A stretch of 64,000 bases of DNA from an uncultured Desulfospira sp. (GCA_963663165.1 OY760175.1:4416001-4480000); one strand, 5' to 3'; positions 8,247 through 17,964 are shown, numbered from the stretch's first letter. A program made the numbers and translations. Notes: generated by a model not told the origin, from the sequence alone.

Positions 8247-10109
8247 CTATAAATTCAGTTCCTCTATGACTTTCTGCATACCGCCGAGTTTTTCAAGGGA
8301 CTTCCGACTGGGCTTTCCGGTCGCCTCATCCCAGCCGATTGTTTCGTAAAAATTCTTGATAAACCCTTTATGGTCCACAGTAATACCCGCGATGGGGCCA
8401 TCGGCCAGGGGAGGTTCTCCAACCGATCGTGCAGGCGGCTTGAAATCAGCCGGCAGTAACCCTTCCCGTACGTTAAAGGCCTGGCGCAGATTGAAGATTC
8501 GAAGGCCCGCGGCCTGTTCCTCTTCTTCACCGAATTTCCAGCCGGTAACCGCCTCAAGAAGGGGCCTGGGCATATTGGGGAAGCCGCAGAAGTCGTTGCC
8601 GAAAAGACATAGGCCCGCTGAGTTCATCACTTCCCTGGCGGCGGTGGCCATGACGTCCGGTGGTCCACTGCCCTTTGGGCTGTTTTTATCCTCAAGGGGG
8701 GAAGGTCCCAAGCCGATACCTCCCTTGACATGGCGGCCCGGGGTCGGGTCCACGGCATAGGTCCTGGCAAGCGCCGGTCCAAAGCGGGGATCGTGCATGG
8801 GCAGCTCAATCCCTTTTACGGCAACCAGATATTCATCACCTTTCCCGAGCTTCTTGGCTGCTGCCGCAGACCCAAGTGCCAGCAGCTTGCCGAATTCAGT
8901 ATTTTGATCGGCCATTTCCCGGGTGGCCTGGACAAGTGCTTCCCCGTTTCCCCAGGTCAACTCCAGACCGCCGGTTTCCTCTTTGGACAGGAGCCCGTTT
9001 TCGTAGCATTCGATGGCCCAGGCAAGTGTACCTCCCGCCGAGATGGTGTCCAGACCGTCGAGATTACAGATATGGTTGCATTTGATCAAAGCCTCAACAT
9101 CTTTGTTCATAACCAGCGGACCAAAGCTGATGGATGTTTCGTATTCAGGCCTGCCGGTTTCGCCCACAGGCCATTTGCCCTCTTCAACTTTATAGACGGC
9201 ACCGCATCCCATGGGACAGCTGGCACAGGCAAATTTTTTGGTCCGGTACTTGGCATCCATGGCTTCACCCTCAAAGGGGGAAACATCCTCTTCTTTGAAA
9301 TCAGCGTTCACGGCACCCGCCCAGTTTTTCACCGGAGCATCGCCACACATCATGGACCCGCTGGTCATGAGGGTGGTGCCCAATGCAGAAAAGCCCCCTA
9401 CCATCTGCGCCATGGGGCCTTCTTTCATGGTCTTCATGATATCCTGATTAACCGCCTTAAGACGATCCCTATCGGCCACGGGTATGGAACCCTTTCCTCT
9501 CACAACGACGGCCTTCAGGTTCTTGGACCCCATGACCGCCCCGCATCCCCCCCGTCCGGCTGCACGATGCCCGTCATTCATAACGGCGGAAATGAGCGAT
9601 AATTTTTCACCTGCCTGGCCGATGGTCGCCAGGCGAAGCTTCTTGTCCCCGAGCTCTTCCTTAAGGGTTTTCTCGGTATCTACAACATCCTTGCCCCACA
9701 GATGACCGGCGTCCTTGATTTCCACAGCACCGTCATTAATCCAAAGGTACACAGGCTTTGAGGAACTTCCAGAGACAAAAACCGCATCAAATCCAGCTTT
9801 CTTCAATTCTGCTCCGAAATAGCCTCCGGAATTGGCATCATTCCATCCTCCGGTAACCGGGGACTTGCAGACAATTGTATATCGCCCGCCAAACAAGGCT
9901 CCTGTGGCGGTCAGAGGTCCCGTTGTAAAGCCGATGATATTTTCAGGCCCCAGGGCGTCAACGCCCGGTTTCATCATATCAAACAGCACTTTCGCACCAA
10001 TGCCGTAGCCACCGATAAATTTTTCGGCAGTTTCCTGTGGCAAGTCACGCTCCTGACACTCACCACTGGTCAAATCGACAAAGAGCATTTTCCCACAGTA
10101 CCCGTTCAT
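8247..10109 (-). CDS. aor: Tungsten aldehyde:ferredoxin oxidoreductase
   Basis: KSPVTG, AAGRGG.GAVMGSKNLKA, C-x2-C-x3-C, PEYET, GLDTIS and HDPR. Start at 10109 has an RBS (alternative start 10130). Confidence 0.92.
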   Translation of the reverse strand: MNGYCGKMLFVDLTSGECQERDLPQETAEKFIGGYGIGAKVLFDMMKPGVDALGPENIIGFTTGPLTATGALFGGRYTIVCKSPVTGGWNDANSGGYFGAELKKAGFDAVFVSGSSSKPVYLWINDGAVEIKDAGHLWGKDVVDTEKTLKEELGDKKLRLATIGQAGEKLSLISAVMNDGHRAAGRGGCGAVMGSKNLKAVVVRGKGSIPVADRDRLKAVNQDIMKTMKEGPMAQMVGGFSALGTTLMTSGSMMCGDAPVKNWAGAVNADFKEEDVSPFEGEAMDAKYRTKKFACASCPMGCGAVYKVEEGKWPVGETGRPEYETSISFGPLVMNKDVEALIKCNHICNLDGLDTISAGGTLAWAIECYENGLLSKEETGGLELTWGNGEALVQATREMADQNTEFGKLLALGSAAAAKKLGKGDEYLVAVKGIELPMHDPRFGPALARTYAVDPTPGRHVKGGIGLGPSPLEDKNSPKGSGPPDVMATAAREVMNSAGLCLFGNDFCGFPNMPRPLLEAVTGWKFGEEEEQAAGLRIFNLRQAFNVREGLLPADFKPPARSVGEPPLADGPIAGITVDHKGFIKNFYETIGWDEATGKPSRKSLEKLGGMQKVIEELNL

Positions 10110-10254
10110 GTGTTCTTCCCCCGTATTCATTGAATTACTTAAATGACAAAATCTCGCTTCAATTTTGTCGGTTCCTTCGACTCAATCATATTTTTTTTTT
10201 ACACAAAGATAAAGTCGGTTTTTTACCTGGACTTCAATACAATAGTGTATTTTA

Positions 10255-10641
10255 GAATTCCGAATTCCGAATTCCGGGGACACGAAACAAAAATATTGAT
10301 AAGTTGAGTTTGATTTGCAATAAGTACCAATATGGCAAGGATAGCAAGAGCAGTAGCCCCGGGATACCCCCATCACATTACGCAAAGGGGTAACCGCAGG
10401 CAGCAGACATTCTTTTTGGATGAAGATTATCAGGCCTATATTGATCTGATGGCGCAATGGTGCGGGCATTTTAATGTAGAAATCTGGAGTTACTGCCTGA
10501 TGCCCAATCATACCCATTTAATTGCGGTTCCCGCAACATTATCCAGCTCGAAACCGAGACCGGTCGGATGCTGAGAAAAAAGAAGACCGGCCCGAAAGGG
10601 CCAAGATTAAAACGATAATTTTGTATCGTGTCCCCGGAATT
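10255..10641 (+). mobile_element. Internally deleted non-autonomous copy of the RAYT element
   Basis: Near-identical to 5532-6286 but lacks 382 bp (5803-6184, CAT microhomology). Both ends are kept and the left end has (GAATTCC)x3. Confidence 0.92.
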
Positions 10642-10663
10642 AAGAAAAAACGCATTTCTTTTG
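10642..10663 (+). repeat. 22-bp direct repeat, right copy
   Basis: Identical to 4001-4022 and abuts the RAYT right end. Confidence 0.95.
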
Positions 10664-10810
10664 CCATAAGCCGGGAATTCGGCTATATATAGCTGGATAT
10701 TCAAAATATAAACCGTCACCAAAGGATCCTTGGCAGGATATTGCCATGGCAACGGCTGAAGGCTGCCGCTATCCTCCTTTAGCCATCAACTTTCATATTG
10801 TTACAGACGC

Positions 10811-10861
10811 CTGACCGCTATCAGCAAAAAGCTAACAGCTAACGGCTGATAGCTAACAGCT
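10811..10861. repeat. Heptamer tandem repeat (GCTAACA/GCTGAYR)
   Basis: GCTAACA GCTAACG GCTGATA GCTAACA GC just upstream of lpxC. Confidence 0.8.
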
Positions 10862-10877
10862 TATAAATATAAACAAC

Positions 10878-11759
10878 ATGGACTCATACTTTAAACAAAA
10901 AACCATAGCCCGAAATGTCGGCCTGTCCGGGACCGGCGTTCATTCCGGCAAAAAAAACAACATCACCATAAAGCCGGCGCCGGAAAATCACGGCATTAAA
11001 TTTCAGCGGGTGGACCTGCCCGGCACAGCCCCCATCCAGGCCCTGTTCAAGCGGGTGGTGGATACCAGCTTAGCCACCGTGATCGGCACCAACGGCGCCA
11101 TTGTCTCTACCATTGAACATCTCATGGGCAGCTTTGCCGGCCTTGGCATTGACAATGCCCTGGTGGAAATGGACGAATATGAAATGCCCATCATGGACGG
11201 CAGCGCCCGGGAGTTTACCCAGGTCTTTGAGGCGGCCGGGATTGTGGCCCAGAACCTGCCCAAACATTTCATGATCATGAAGAAAAAAGTGCGGGTAGAA
11301 GAGCAGGATAAATATGTGGAAGTGGTCCCTGCGCCCTGTTTTAAGATTACCTGTTCCATTGATTTTGACCACCCGTTGATCGGAAAACAGAAAATCACCT
11401 TTGACCGGGCTAAAAATAACTTTGAACAGGAAGTCAGCCATGCCCGGACCTTCGGGTTTGTAAAGGATATTGAACTGCTTAAACGGTTCAGCTTGGGAAA
11501 GGGCGGCAGCCTTGACAATGCCATTATCCTGGACAAAGACAAAATTCTCAATGAGGACGGCTTACGGTATCCGGATGAATTTGTCCGGCACAAGCTGCTG
11601 GACAGCCTTGGGGATTTTTCTTTGCTGGGCATGCCCATCCAGGGGCATATTATTTCCCATAAATCCGGCCATACCCTGAACCACAAGTTTATCCGGCAGC
11701 TTCTTGAAAACACCGATGCATGGGAAACCGGGCCGGCCACACCGGTACCGGTAAACTGA
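10878..11759 (+). CDS. lpxC: UDP-3-O-acyl-GlcNAc deacetylase
   Basis: G.GVHSG, STIEHLM, PIMDGSA, ARTFGF, GGSLDNA and HKLLD..GD. Confidence 0.97.
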   Translation: MDSYFKQKTIARNVGLSGTGVHSGKKNNITIKPAPENHGIKFQRVDLPGTAPIQALFKRVVDTSLATVIGTNGAIVSTIEHLMGSFAGLGIDNALVEMDEYEMPIMDGSAREFTQVFEAAGIVAQNLPKHFMIMKKKVRVEEQDKYVEVVPAPCFKITCSIDFDHPLIGKQKITFDRAKNNFEQEVSHARTFGFVKDIELLKRFSLGKGGSLDNAIILDKDKILNEDGLRYPDEFVRHKLLDSLGDFSLLGMPIQGHIISHKSGHTLNHKFIRQLLENTDAWETGPATPVPVN

Positions 11760-11761
11760 CC

Positions 11762-12322
11762 ATGAATAAATTTTTTTTTATCCTCATCCTTGTTGCCGGC
11801 CTGGTTCTGCCCCTGGCCTGTTTTGCGGACAATTCGGCCATGCTGGCCAATATCAAGCTGGCCAACACCAGAGATGACCTTCTGGCCTATTTTCAGGTAG
11901 AAAAAGCCTTTGATGAGAACATCAGCCAGGCCGTCAAAAACGGGGTGCCCACGACCTTTTCATTTCTGGTCGCCTTGTACAAAACCAGTGATTCCTGGCT
12001 GGATAAAAAAATTGCCGATGTTCAGATTAAATCCACCATAAAATTTAATTCCCTGAAAGAAGAGTATACGGTGTCAAGGCCTTGGAAAGACGAAAAACCG
12101 CTTACCACTAAGTCCTTTGACCAGGCAAAGTCCTGGATGACGGAAATTGACAACCTCAAGGTCATTCCGTTAAACAAGCTGGTCAAGGGCGGTAAATACC
12201 AGATCAGAATCAAAGCGGAACTGGATAAAGTGACCCTTCCCCTTTCCCTTCACAATGTGTTTTTCTTTGTCTCTTTCTGGGATGTTAAAACCGACTGGTA
12301 TCTTGTAAATTTTACGTATTGA
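11762..12322 (+). CDS. DUF4390 domain periplasmic protein
   Basis: Signal peptide, position upstream of ntrY-like kinase, C-terminal LP..L...W...TDW. Confidence 0.75.
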   Translation: MNKFFFILILVAGLVLPLACFADNSAMLANIKLANTRDDLLAYFQVEKAFDENISQAVKNGVPTTFSFLVALYKTSDSWLDKKIADVQIKSTIKFNSLKEEYTVSRPWKDEKPLTTKSFDQAKSWMTEIDNLKVIPLNKLVKGGKYQIRIKAELDKVTLPLSLHNVFFFVSFWDVKTDWYLVNFTY

Positions 12323-12325
12323 TCC

Positions 12326-14539
12326 ATGGACAGTGAAAGAGAACATCTGCCTGGAAAAATGTCCAGGAGGAAAAAAGAAGGAATTTTAATCCTTGCTATC
12401 CTTCTGATTGTGGGGGTGCTGACCTTTGTTGAAATAAAGATCACGCCCTTTGGAAGTGACTTTCCCTTTTCCAGTACCGTGTTGATGTTTATCCTCATCA
12501 ACATCAACCTGCTGCTGCTGCTGACCCTTCTTATCCTTGTTTTCAGGAATCTCGCTAAACTTTATACGGAAAAAAAGCAAAATATTTTCGGCTCAAAGCT
12601 GAAAACCCGGCTGGTGATTTCCTTTGTTGTCCTGGCCCTTTTGCCCACCACGGTGTTGTTTTTCTTTGCCATCCAGTTTTTGTCCACGTCCATTGCCTTC
12701 TGGTTTAATGCGCCGGTAGAGCAGACCCTGAACTCTTCGGTGGCGGTAGGGCAGAAACTCTACGATTATATTGAAGAAAAAAATGAGTTTTTTGCCAAAC
12801 GGGCCGCCTATCAGATCGACTCCCGGAAACTGCTGGATAAGAAAAATGAAAAGAGCCTGAACCGGTATACCCAGGTCATTCAACGGGCGTTTAACCGGCA
12901 TGCCGTGGAGGTTTATACGCCGGATGCCAAGCGGATCAGCCTGTCCCTGGACAACGAGGTGGAGGCCCTTCATTTCGGGTTGCTGACCACGGATGAACTG
13001 ACCCGGATTGCCCCGGACAAGGCCAGCGCCACCATCTATCAGCTCATTGACCAGGGAGAATTTTTAAGGACCGTTGCCACCATTCCATTTGGGATTGCTC
13101 CGGATAAAGCCCAGGGGTTTATTGTGATTACCACCATTGTATCCATGGACCTTTCCGAGAATCTTAAGGCCATCCTCAAGGGAATTGAGGAGTACCAGCA
13201 GTTGAAATTAACCAAGAAACCGGCCCAGATTTCATACTATATTGCCCTGTCCATTGTGGCACTGCTGGTGCTTTTCTGCTCCGTCTGGTTCGGGTTTCAG
13301 CTGGCCAAGTCCATTACCGTGCCCATCATGAAGTTTGCCGAAGGCACCAAACGGGTGGCTGAAGGGGACTTAACCTACCAGATTGATTATCAGACCGATG
13401 ATGAAATCGGAACCCTGATTGACTCCTTTAATTCCATGACCAAACAGCTGGCCGCCGGAAGAAAACAGCTGGATATGTCCGGTAAAATGCTGGAACACCA
13501 GTATGTTGAGCTGGAAAAAAGCCGGCAGTACATGGAAATTGTCTTAAGAAACGTGTCCACCGGTGTGGTCTCCATTGACAACAAGGGCATCATCACCACC
13601 ATGAACAAGGCCGCGGAATCCATGCTGGATATCCAGAGCCGGCAGGTCTTAGGCCGGAATTTTAAGCAGGTCCTCAGTGAAAAATACCTGAAAGTGGCGG
13701 ACACCATATTTGAACAGGCCGCCCACAGCCCCCACCATGTTCAGATTCCCATTTCCGCCACCATCTCGGGATCTCCCAAGCATTTTTCCCTGCATTATGC
13801 CATTTTAAAAGATGACACCGATAAGGACGTGGGCGGGGTTCTGGTGTTTGATGATGTCACGGCGCTGGAAAAGGCCCAGCGGGTGGTGGCCTGGCGGGAA
13901 GTGGCCCGGCGCATAGCCCATGAGGTAAAAAATCCGCTCACCCCCATCAAGCTGTCGGCCCAGCGGCTTAAGCGCAAATACGGCAAGCAGATTGATGATG
14001 AGATTTTCAACCGGTGTGCCGACACCATTGTGGAGCATGTGGACCTGATCCGGAACCTGGTAAACCAGTTTTCGGCCTTTGCCAAATTCCCGGACACCAA
14101 TTTTTCAAAGGACCGCATCGAAGATATCATTTTGGAGACCATTGCCCTTTATAGGGAAGGCCTTGAAAATGTGGAAATCAAGGAACACTTCAGCACGGAG
14201 ATCCCCTTGCTCAAACTGGATCGCCAGCACATGAAACAGGCCTTTATCAATTTGTTTGATAATGCGGTTTATGCGGTTAACAAAAACGGGGTGATCACCG
14301 TTGACGTGTTTTATGACCAGATTCTCAAGATTGTGAGAATTGAAATTGCCGATAATGGCAAAGGAATTTCAGACAAAGAAAAAACCCGGCTTTTTGAGCC
14401 GTATTTTTCCACAAAACAGTCCGGCATGGGGTTGGGCCTGGCCATTGTCAGTTCCATTATTTCCGATCACAACGGGGTGATCCGGGTCCAGGACAACCAG
14501 CCCAGGGGGGCCAAATTTATTATTGAACTGCCGGCGTGA
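12326..14539 (+). CDS. ntrY: NtrY-like membrane sensor histidine kinase (HAMP, PAS, HisKA, HATPase)
   Basis: AWREVARRIAHEVKNPLTPI, DNGKG, FEPYFSTK and GMGLGL. Confidence 0.85.
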   Translation: MDSEREHLPGKMSRRKKEGILILAILLIVGVLTFVEIKITPFGSDFPFSSTVLMFILININLLLLLTLLILVFRNLAKLYTEKKQNIFGSKLKTRLVISFVVLALLPTTVLFFFAIQFLSTSIAFWFNAPVEQTLNSSVAVGQKLYDYIEEKNEFFAKRAAYQIDSRKLLDKKNEKSLNRYTQVIQRAFNRHAVEVYTPDAKRISLSLDNEVEALHFGLLTTDELTRIAPDKASATIYQLIDQGEFLRTVATIPFGIAPDKAQGFIVITTIVSMDLSENLKAILKGIEEYQQLKLTKKPAQISYYIALSIVALLVLFCSVWFGFQLAKSITVPIMKFAEGTKRVAEGDLTYQIDYQTDDEIGTLIDSFNSMTKQLAAGRKQLDMSGKMLEHQYVELEKSRQYMEIVLRNVSTGVVSIDNKGIITTMNKAAESMLDIQSRQVLGRNFKQVLSEKYLKVADTIFEQAAHSPHHVQIPISATISGSPKHFSLHYAILKDDTDKDVGGVLVFDDVTALEKAQRVVAWREVARRIAHEVKNPLTPIKLSAQRLKRKYGKQIDDEIFNRCADTIVEHVDLIRNLVNQFSAFAKFPDTNFSKDRIEDIILETIALYREGLENVEIKEHFSTEIPLLKLDRQHMKQAFINLFDNAVYAVNKNGVITVDVFYDQILKIVRIEIADNGKGISDKEKTRLFEPYFSTKQSGMGLGLAIVSSIISDHNGVIRVQDNQPRGAKFIIELPA

Positions 14540-14541
14540 CG

Positions 14542-14617
14542 TTTAGGTGGATAGACTGAAGGCTGAAGGCCCTTGAGAAACAGCCCGGTTCCTTTACCCT
14601 TCAGTCTTCAGCCTAAA
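14542..14617. repeat. Inverted heptamer repeat hairpin (GRCTGAAG)
   Basis: GACTGAAGGCTGAAGG ... CCTTCAGTCTTCAGCC. Same family as 48056-48146. Confidence 0.75.
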
Positions 14618-14637
14618 AACCTTAGAAAGGAAGACCC

Positions 14638-15984
14638 ATGTATCCTGCCATATTAATAGTTGATGACGAAGCCACCATCATTGAATCCCTTGAGGGGATT
14701 TTATCCGATGACGGATTTGAGGTCATTCATGCCTTTAACGGGTACGAGGCCTTAAAAAAAATAGAGTCCGACTCCCCGGATATCGTTTTGCTGGATATCT
14801 GGATGCCGGGAATGGACGGCATTGAAACCCTCAAGGAGATCAAGAAAAAATTCCCGAGCCTGCCCGTTGTCATGATCACGGGACACGGCTCCATTGAATC
14901 CGCCGTGGACGCCACCAAGTCCGGGGCCTATGATTTTTTAGAAAAACCGCTCTCCATTGACAAGGTCATGGTGACCATCAACAATGCCTTAAATTTCAGG
15001 AAACTGGAAGAAGAGAACATCTATCTGCGCAAAAAGAGCATTGAAAAGAACTCCATCACCGGCACCAGCCCGGCGGTTCAAAAGCTTTATGCCGAGGTCA
15101 TGGCCGCCTCCCCTTCCGATGCGTCCATCCTGATCACCGGGGAGAACGGGACCGGTAAGGAAATGGTGGCCCGGACCATTCACCAGTTCAGTTTACGGCC
15201 TGAAGGCCCGTTTATTGCCATCAACTGCGCCGCGATCCCTGCGGAAAATATTGATTCTGAACTGTTCGGCCATGAAAAAGGGGCCTTTGACAAGGCCACC
15301 TCCAAAAATAAGGGCAAATTTGAGCTGGCCTCGGGCGGGACCCTTTTTCTGGATGAAATCGGGGACATGAACATTGATACCCAGGCCAAAATATTAAGGG
15401 CCCTGGAGTCCAAGACTTTTCAGCGAATCGGCGGGGGACGGACCCTTCATATGGATGTCCGGCTCATCACCTCCACCAACAAAAACCTTGAACTAGAAAT
15501 CCAGGAAGGCCGGTTCAGAGAGGACCTGTTTTACCGGCTCAACGTTATTCCCATCCGGGTTCCGGCCCTAAGAGAACGAAAAGAAGACATTCCGCTGCTG
15601 GTGGATACTTTTTTGGGAAAACTGTCCGGCAAGGGGCATTCCCGGAAAACCATCTGCCCTGAAGCCATGGACCTGCTCAGCCAGTACCCCTGGCAGGGGA
15701 ATGTCCGGGAGTTGAAAAATCTTCTGGAGCGGCTGTCCATCATGGTTGAAACAGATGTCATAGCGCTTTCCGACATCCCGTTTCCCTACAATCCCAAGTC
15801 CAGCGAGCCGGTTCATCCTGAGCGAAGATGGTTGTTTAACATTGACGGCCTTGAGCAGGCCAGGGTTTATTTTGAAAAGGAATTTATCAAAAATAAGCTG
15901 GATCAGCTGGATGGCGATGTTTCAGCCGCGGCCAAACAAATCGGGACCAGTGTCCGGTTTATCAAAAAAAGACTGGGCAAATGA
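14638..15984 (+). CDS. ntrX: NtrX/NtrC-like response regulator (REC-AAA+-HTH)
   Basis: IVDDE, LLDIWMP, GENGTGKE, FLDEIGD, FREDLFYRLNV and GNVRELKN. Confidence 0.85.
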   Translation: MYPAILIVDDEATIIESLEGILSDDGFEVIHAFNGYEALKKIESDSPDIVLLDIWMPGMDGIETLKEIKKKFPSLPVVMITGHGSIESAVDATKSGAYDFLEKPLSIDKVMVTINNALNFRKLEEENIYLRKKSIEKNSITGTSPAVQKLYAEVMAASPSDASILITGENGTGKEMVARTIHQFSLRPEGPFIAINCAAIPAENIDSELFGHEKGAFDKATSKNKGKFELASGGTLFLDEIGDMNIDTQAKILRALESKTFQRIGGGRTLHMDVRLITSTNKNLELEIQEGRFREDLFYRLNVIPIRVPALRERKEDIPLLVDTFLGKLSGKGHSRKTICPEAMDLLSQYPWQGNVRELKNLLERLSIMVETDVIALSDIPFPYNPKSSEPVHPERRWLFNIDGLEQARVYFEKEFIKNKLDQLDGDVSAAAKQIGTSVRFIKKRLGK

Positions 15985-16538
15985 GAATTGTGGCCGGCTC
16001 ATGCCGGGGCCGGAAACTGACCCCGATCCAGGGGTGGGATATCCGGCCCACCTCAGACCGGGTCAGGGAGGCCCTGTTTAATATCCTGGGGCCCAAGGTG
16101 CGCCACGCAAAGGTCCTGGATCTGTTTGCCGGCACCGGGGCCCTTGGCCTTGAGGCCTTGAGCCGGGGTGCCGATCATGTTGTTTTTGTGGATAACGCCA
16201 AAACATCGTGTCAAATTATCCAGGCAAACATTGACCTGTGCCGCATGGGCCCCCGGGCCAACCTTGTCCAGGCCGACCTCATTTCAGGCCCCCTGCCGGA
16301 GACACTGGTATCCGGGCGCTTTGATCTTATTTTTATGGACCCGCCCTATAAAAAAGGAATGATTGGCCACATCATGGAAAGACTGTTGTTTACGGATCTT
16401 CTGGTTCCCGGCGGCCTCATGATTATTGAACACGCAGCTGCCGAAAATTTGCCCCAAATTCCGAACGTCCTTGACATTTACCGGCAAAAAAAATACTCAA
16501 AGACCGTTATTTCTATTTTGACCCGAGCGCCGGACTGA
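15981..16538 (+). CDS. rsmD: 16S rRNA m2G966 methyltransferase
   Basis: MRIVAG, RPTSDRVREALFN, LDLFAGTGALGLEALSRG and DPPY. Confidence 0.95.
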   Translation: MRIVAGSCRGRKLTPIQGWDIRPTSDRVREALFNILGPKVRHAKVLDLFAGTGALGLEALSRGADHVVFVDNAKTSCQIIQANIDLCRMGPRANLVQADLISGPLPETLVSGRFDLIFMDPPYKKGMIGHIMERLLFTDLLVPGGLMIIEHAAAENLPQIPNVLDIYRQKKYSKTVISILTRAPD

Positions 16539-16550
16539 AGGAAACCGTAT

Positions 16551-17069
16551 ATGGAAGATAAAAAAAAGATTGCCATTTATCCGGGGTCGTTTGACCCGTT
16601 GACCAACGGCCACGTGGATGTGATTCAAAGGGCCCTTGAAATTTTTGACCAGGTTATTGTGACCATCCTGATCAATCCCAATAAAAAAAGCCTTTTTACC
16701 ATCCCGGAACGGCTGGATATTATTAAAAACAGTTTTAACGGCAACCCGAATCTGATGGTGGATTCCTTTGACGGACTGCTGGTGGATTATGCCAAGATGA
16801 AAAATGCGGTTGCCATTATCCGCGGGATGAGGGCCATATCCGACTTTGAAAGTGAGTTCCAGATGGCCCTGATGAACCGGAAACTGTATAAAGATGTCCA
16901 GTCGGTTTTTCTCATGACCGGCCTTCGGTGGATTTTTACCAGCTCTTCCATCATCAAGGAAGCCGCCCAGTTCGGCGGAGATGTGTCCGACATGGTTCCG
17001 GAACCGGCACTTATTAAGCTTAAGGAAAAATTCCCCAAATCCAGCAAGACAACAGGGAAAAAGGAGTGA
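16551..17069 (+). CDS. coaD: Phosphopantetheine adenylyltransferase
   Basis: YPGSFDPLTNGH, IRGMR..SDFE.E and SSS.IKE. Confidence 0.97.
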   Translation: MEDKKKIAIYPGSFDPLTNGHVDVIQRALEIFDQVIVTILINPNKKSLFTIPERLDIIKNSFNGNPNLMVDSFDGLLVDYAKMKNAVAIIRGMRAISDFESEFQMALMNRKLYKDVQSVFLMTGLRWIFTSSSIIKEAAQFGGDVSDMVPEPALIKLKEKFPKSSKTTGKKE

Positions 17070-17070
17070 T

Positions 17071-17964
17071 ATGGATTTATGGCAGCTGAAAATTTTTACT
17101 TCCGTGGTGGACAATAAGAGTTTTTCAAAGGCGTCTGAAGCCGTTAACCTTTCCCAGCCCACGGTTTCCACCCACATTAAAGAGCTTGAAGACCATTTCC
17201 AGTGCCGGCTTCTGGACCGGTTAGGCAAAAAAACCGAACCCACACGGGCCGGCCAGATTCTTTACGAATACGCCACTGAGCTTCTGCACATTAAAAATCA
17301 GACCGAGTCGGCCATGTTTGATTTTCTGGGAAGGACCCGGGGGGAACTGAGCCTCGGGGGAAGCACCATCCCGGCCGGTTATATCCTGCCAAAGGTGATG
17401 GAGCCGTTTATGAAGGCCTATCCCAATGTATTGGTTTCCCTGAATACCGGGGATACCCGCCAGGTGGTTGAGGATGTTAAAAAAGGGCGGATTGAGATCG
17501 GTATTGTTGGGGCCGGCACCGAAGATCCGGCCATTGTCCAGGAAAAGTTTGCATCGGATCAGATGAAGCTGATCGTTCCGGTGGACCATGAATGGGCCGG
17601 CCGCCAGTCCGTTCAATGTTCAGAGCTGTTCTCCCAGAATTTTATCGCCAGAGAAAAGGGCTCCGGGACCTGGCAGTCCATTCTTCACAGCATGGATGCG
17701 GCCGGGTTCAACTCAAAAAATTTAAACATCCGCATCACCATGGGCAGCACCATCGCTGTGATTCAGGGCATCTTAAGCCACCTGGGGATTTCCATTCTGT
17801 CAACCATTGCGGTTGAAGATTATATCCGGCAAAAGCGCCTGGCCGCCATCAGCGTTGAGGGCCTTGACCTGAACCGGTTTTTTTATCTGACCCTGCATGC
17901 CAGAAGGGAGCGCTCCCCCATCTGTAAAAAATTTATTGAATTTGCCAGAAGCCGGTATAGTTAG
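17071..17964 (+). CDS. LysR-family regulator (CysL/selenium-metabolism-associated type)
   Basis: MDLWQLKIF...SFSKA...LSQPTVSTHIKELE and REKGSGT. Confidence 0.88.
   Translation: MDLWQLKIFTSVVDNKSFSKASEAVNLSQPTVSTHIKELEDHFQCRLLDRLGKKTEPTRAGQILYEYATELLHIKNQTESAMFDFLGRTRGELSLGGSTIPAGYILPKVMEPFMKAYPNVLVSLNTGDTRQVVEDVKKGRIEIGIVGAGTEDPAIVQEKFASDQMKLIVPVDHEWAGRQSVQCSELFSQNFIAREKGSGTWQSILHSMDAAGFNSKNLNIRITMGSTIAVIQGILSHLGISILSTIAVEDYIRQKRLAAISVEGLDLNRFFYLTLHARRERSPICKKFIEFARSRYS

Noticed and set aside
8730..9602. Long antisense ORFs (also 11003-11740, 16497-17243, 19866-20687 and others)
   Set aside because: They are shadows of well-supported genes on the opposite strand and have no recognisable motifs.
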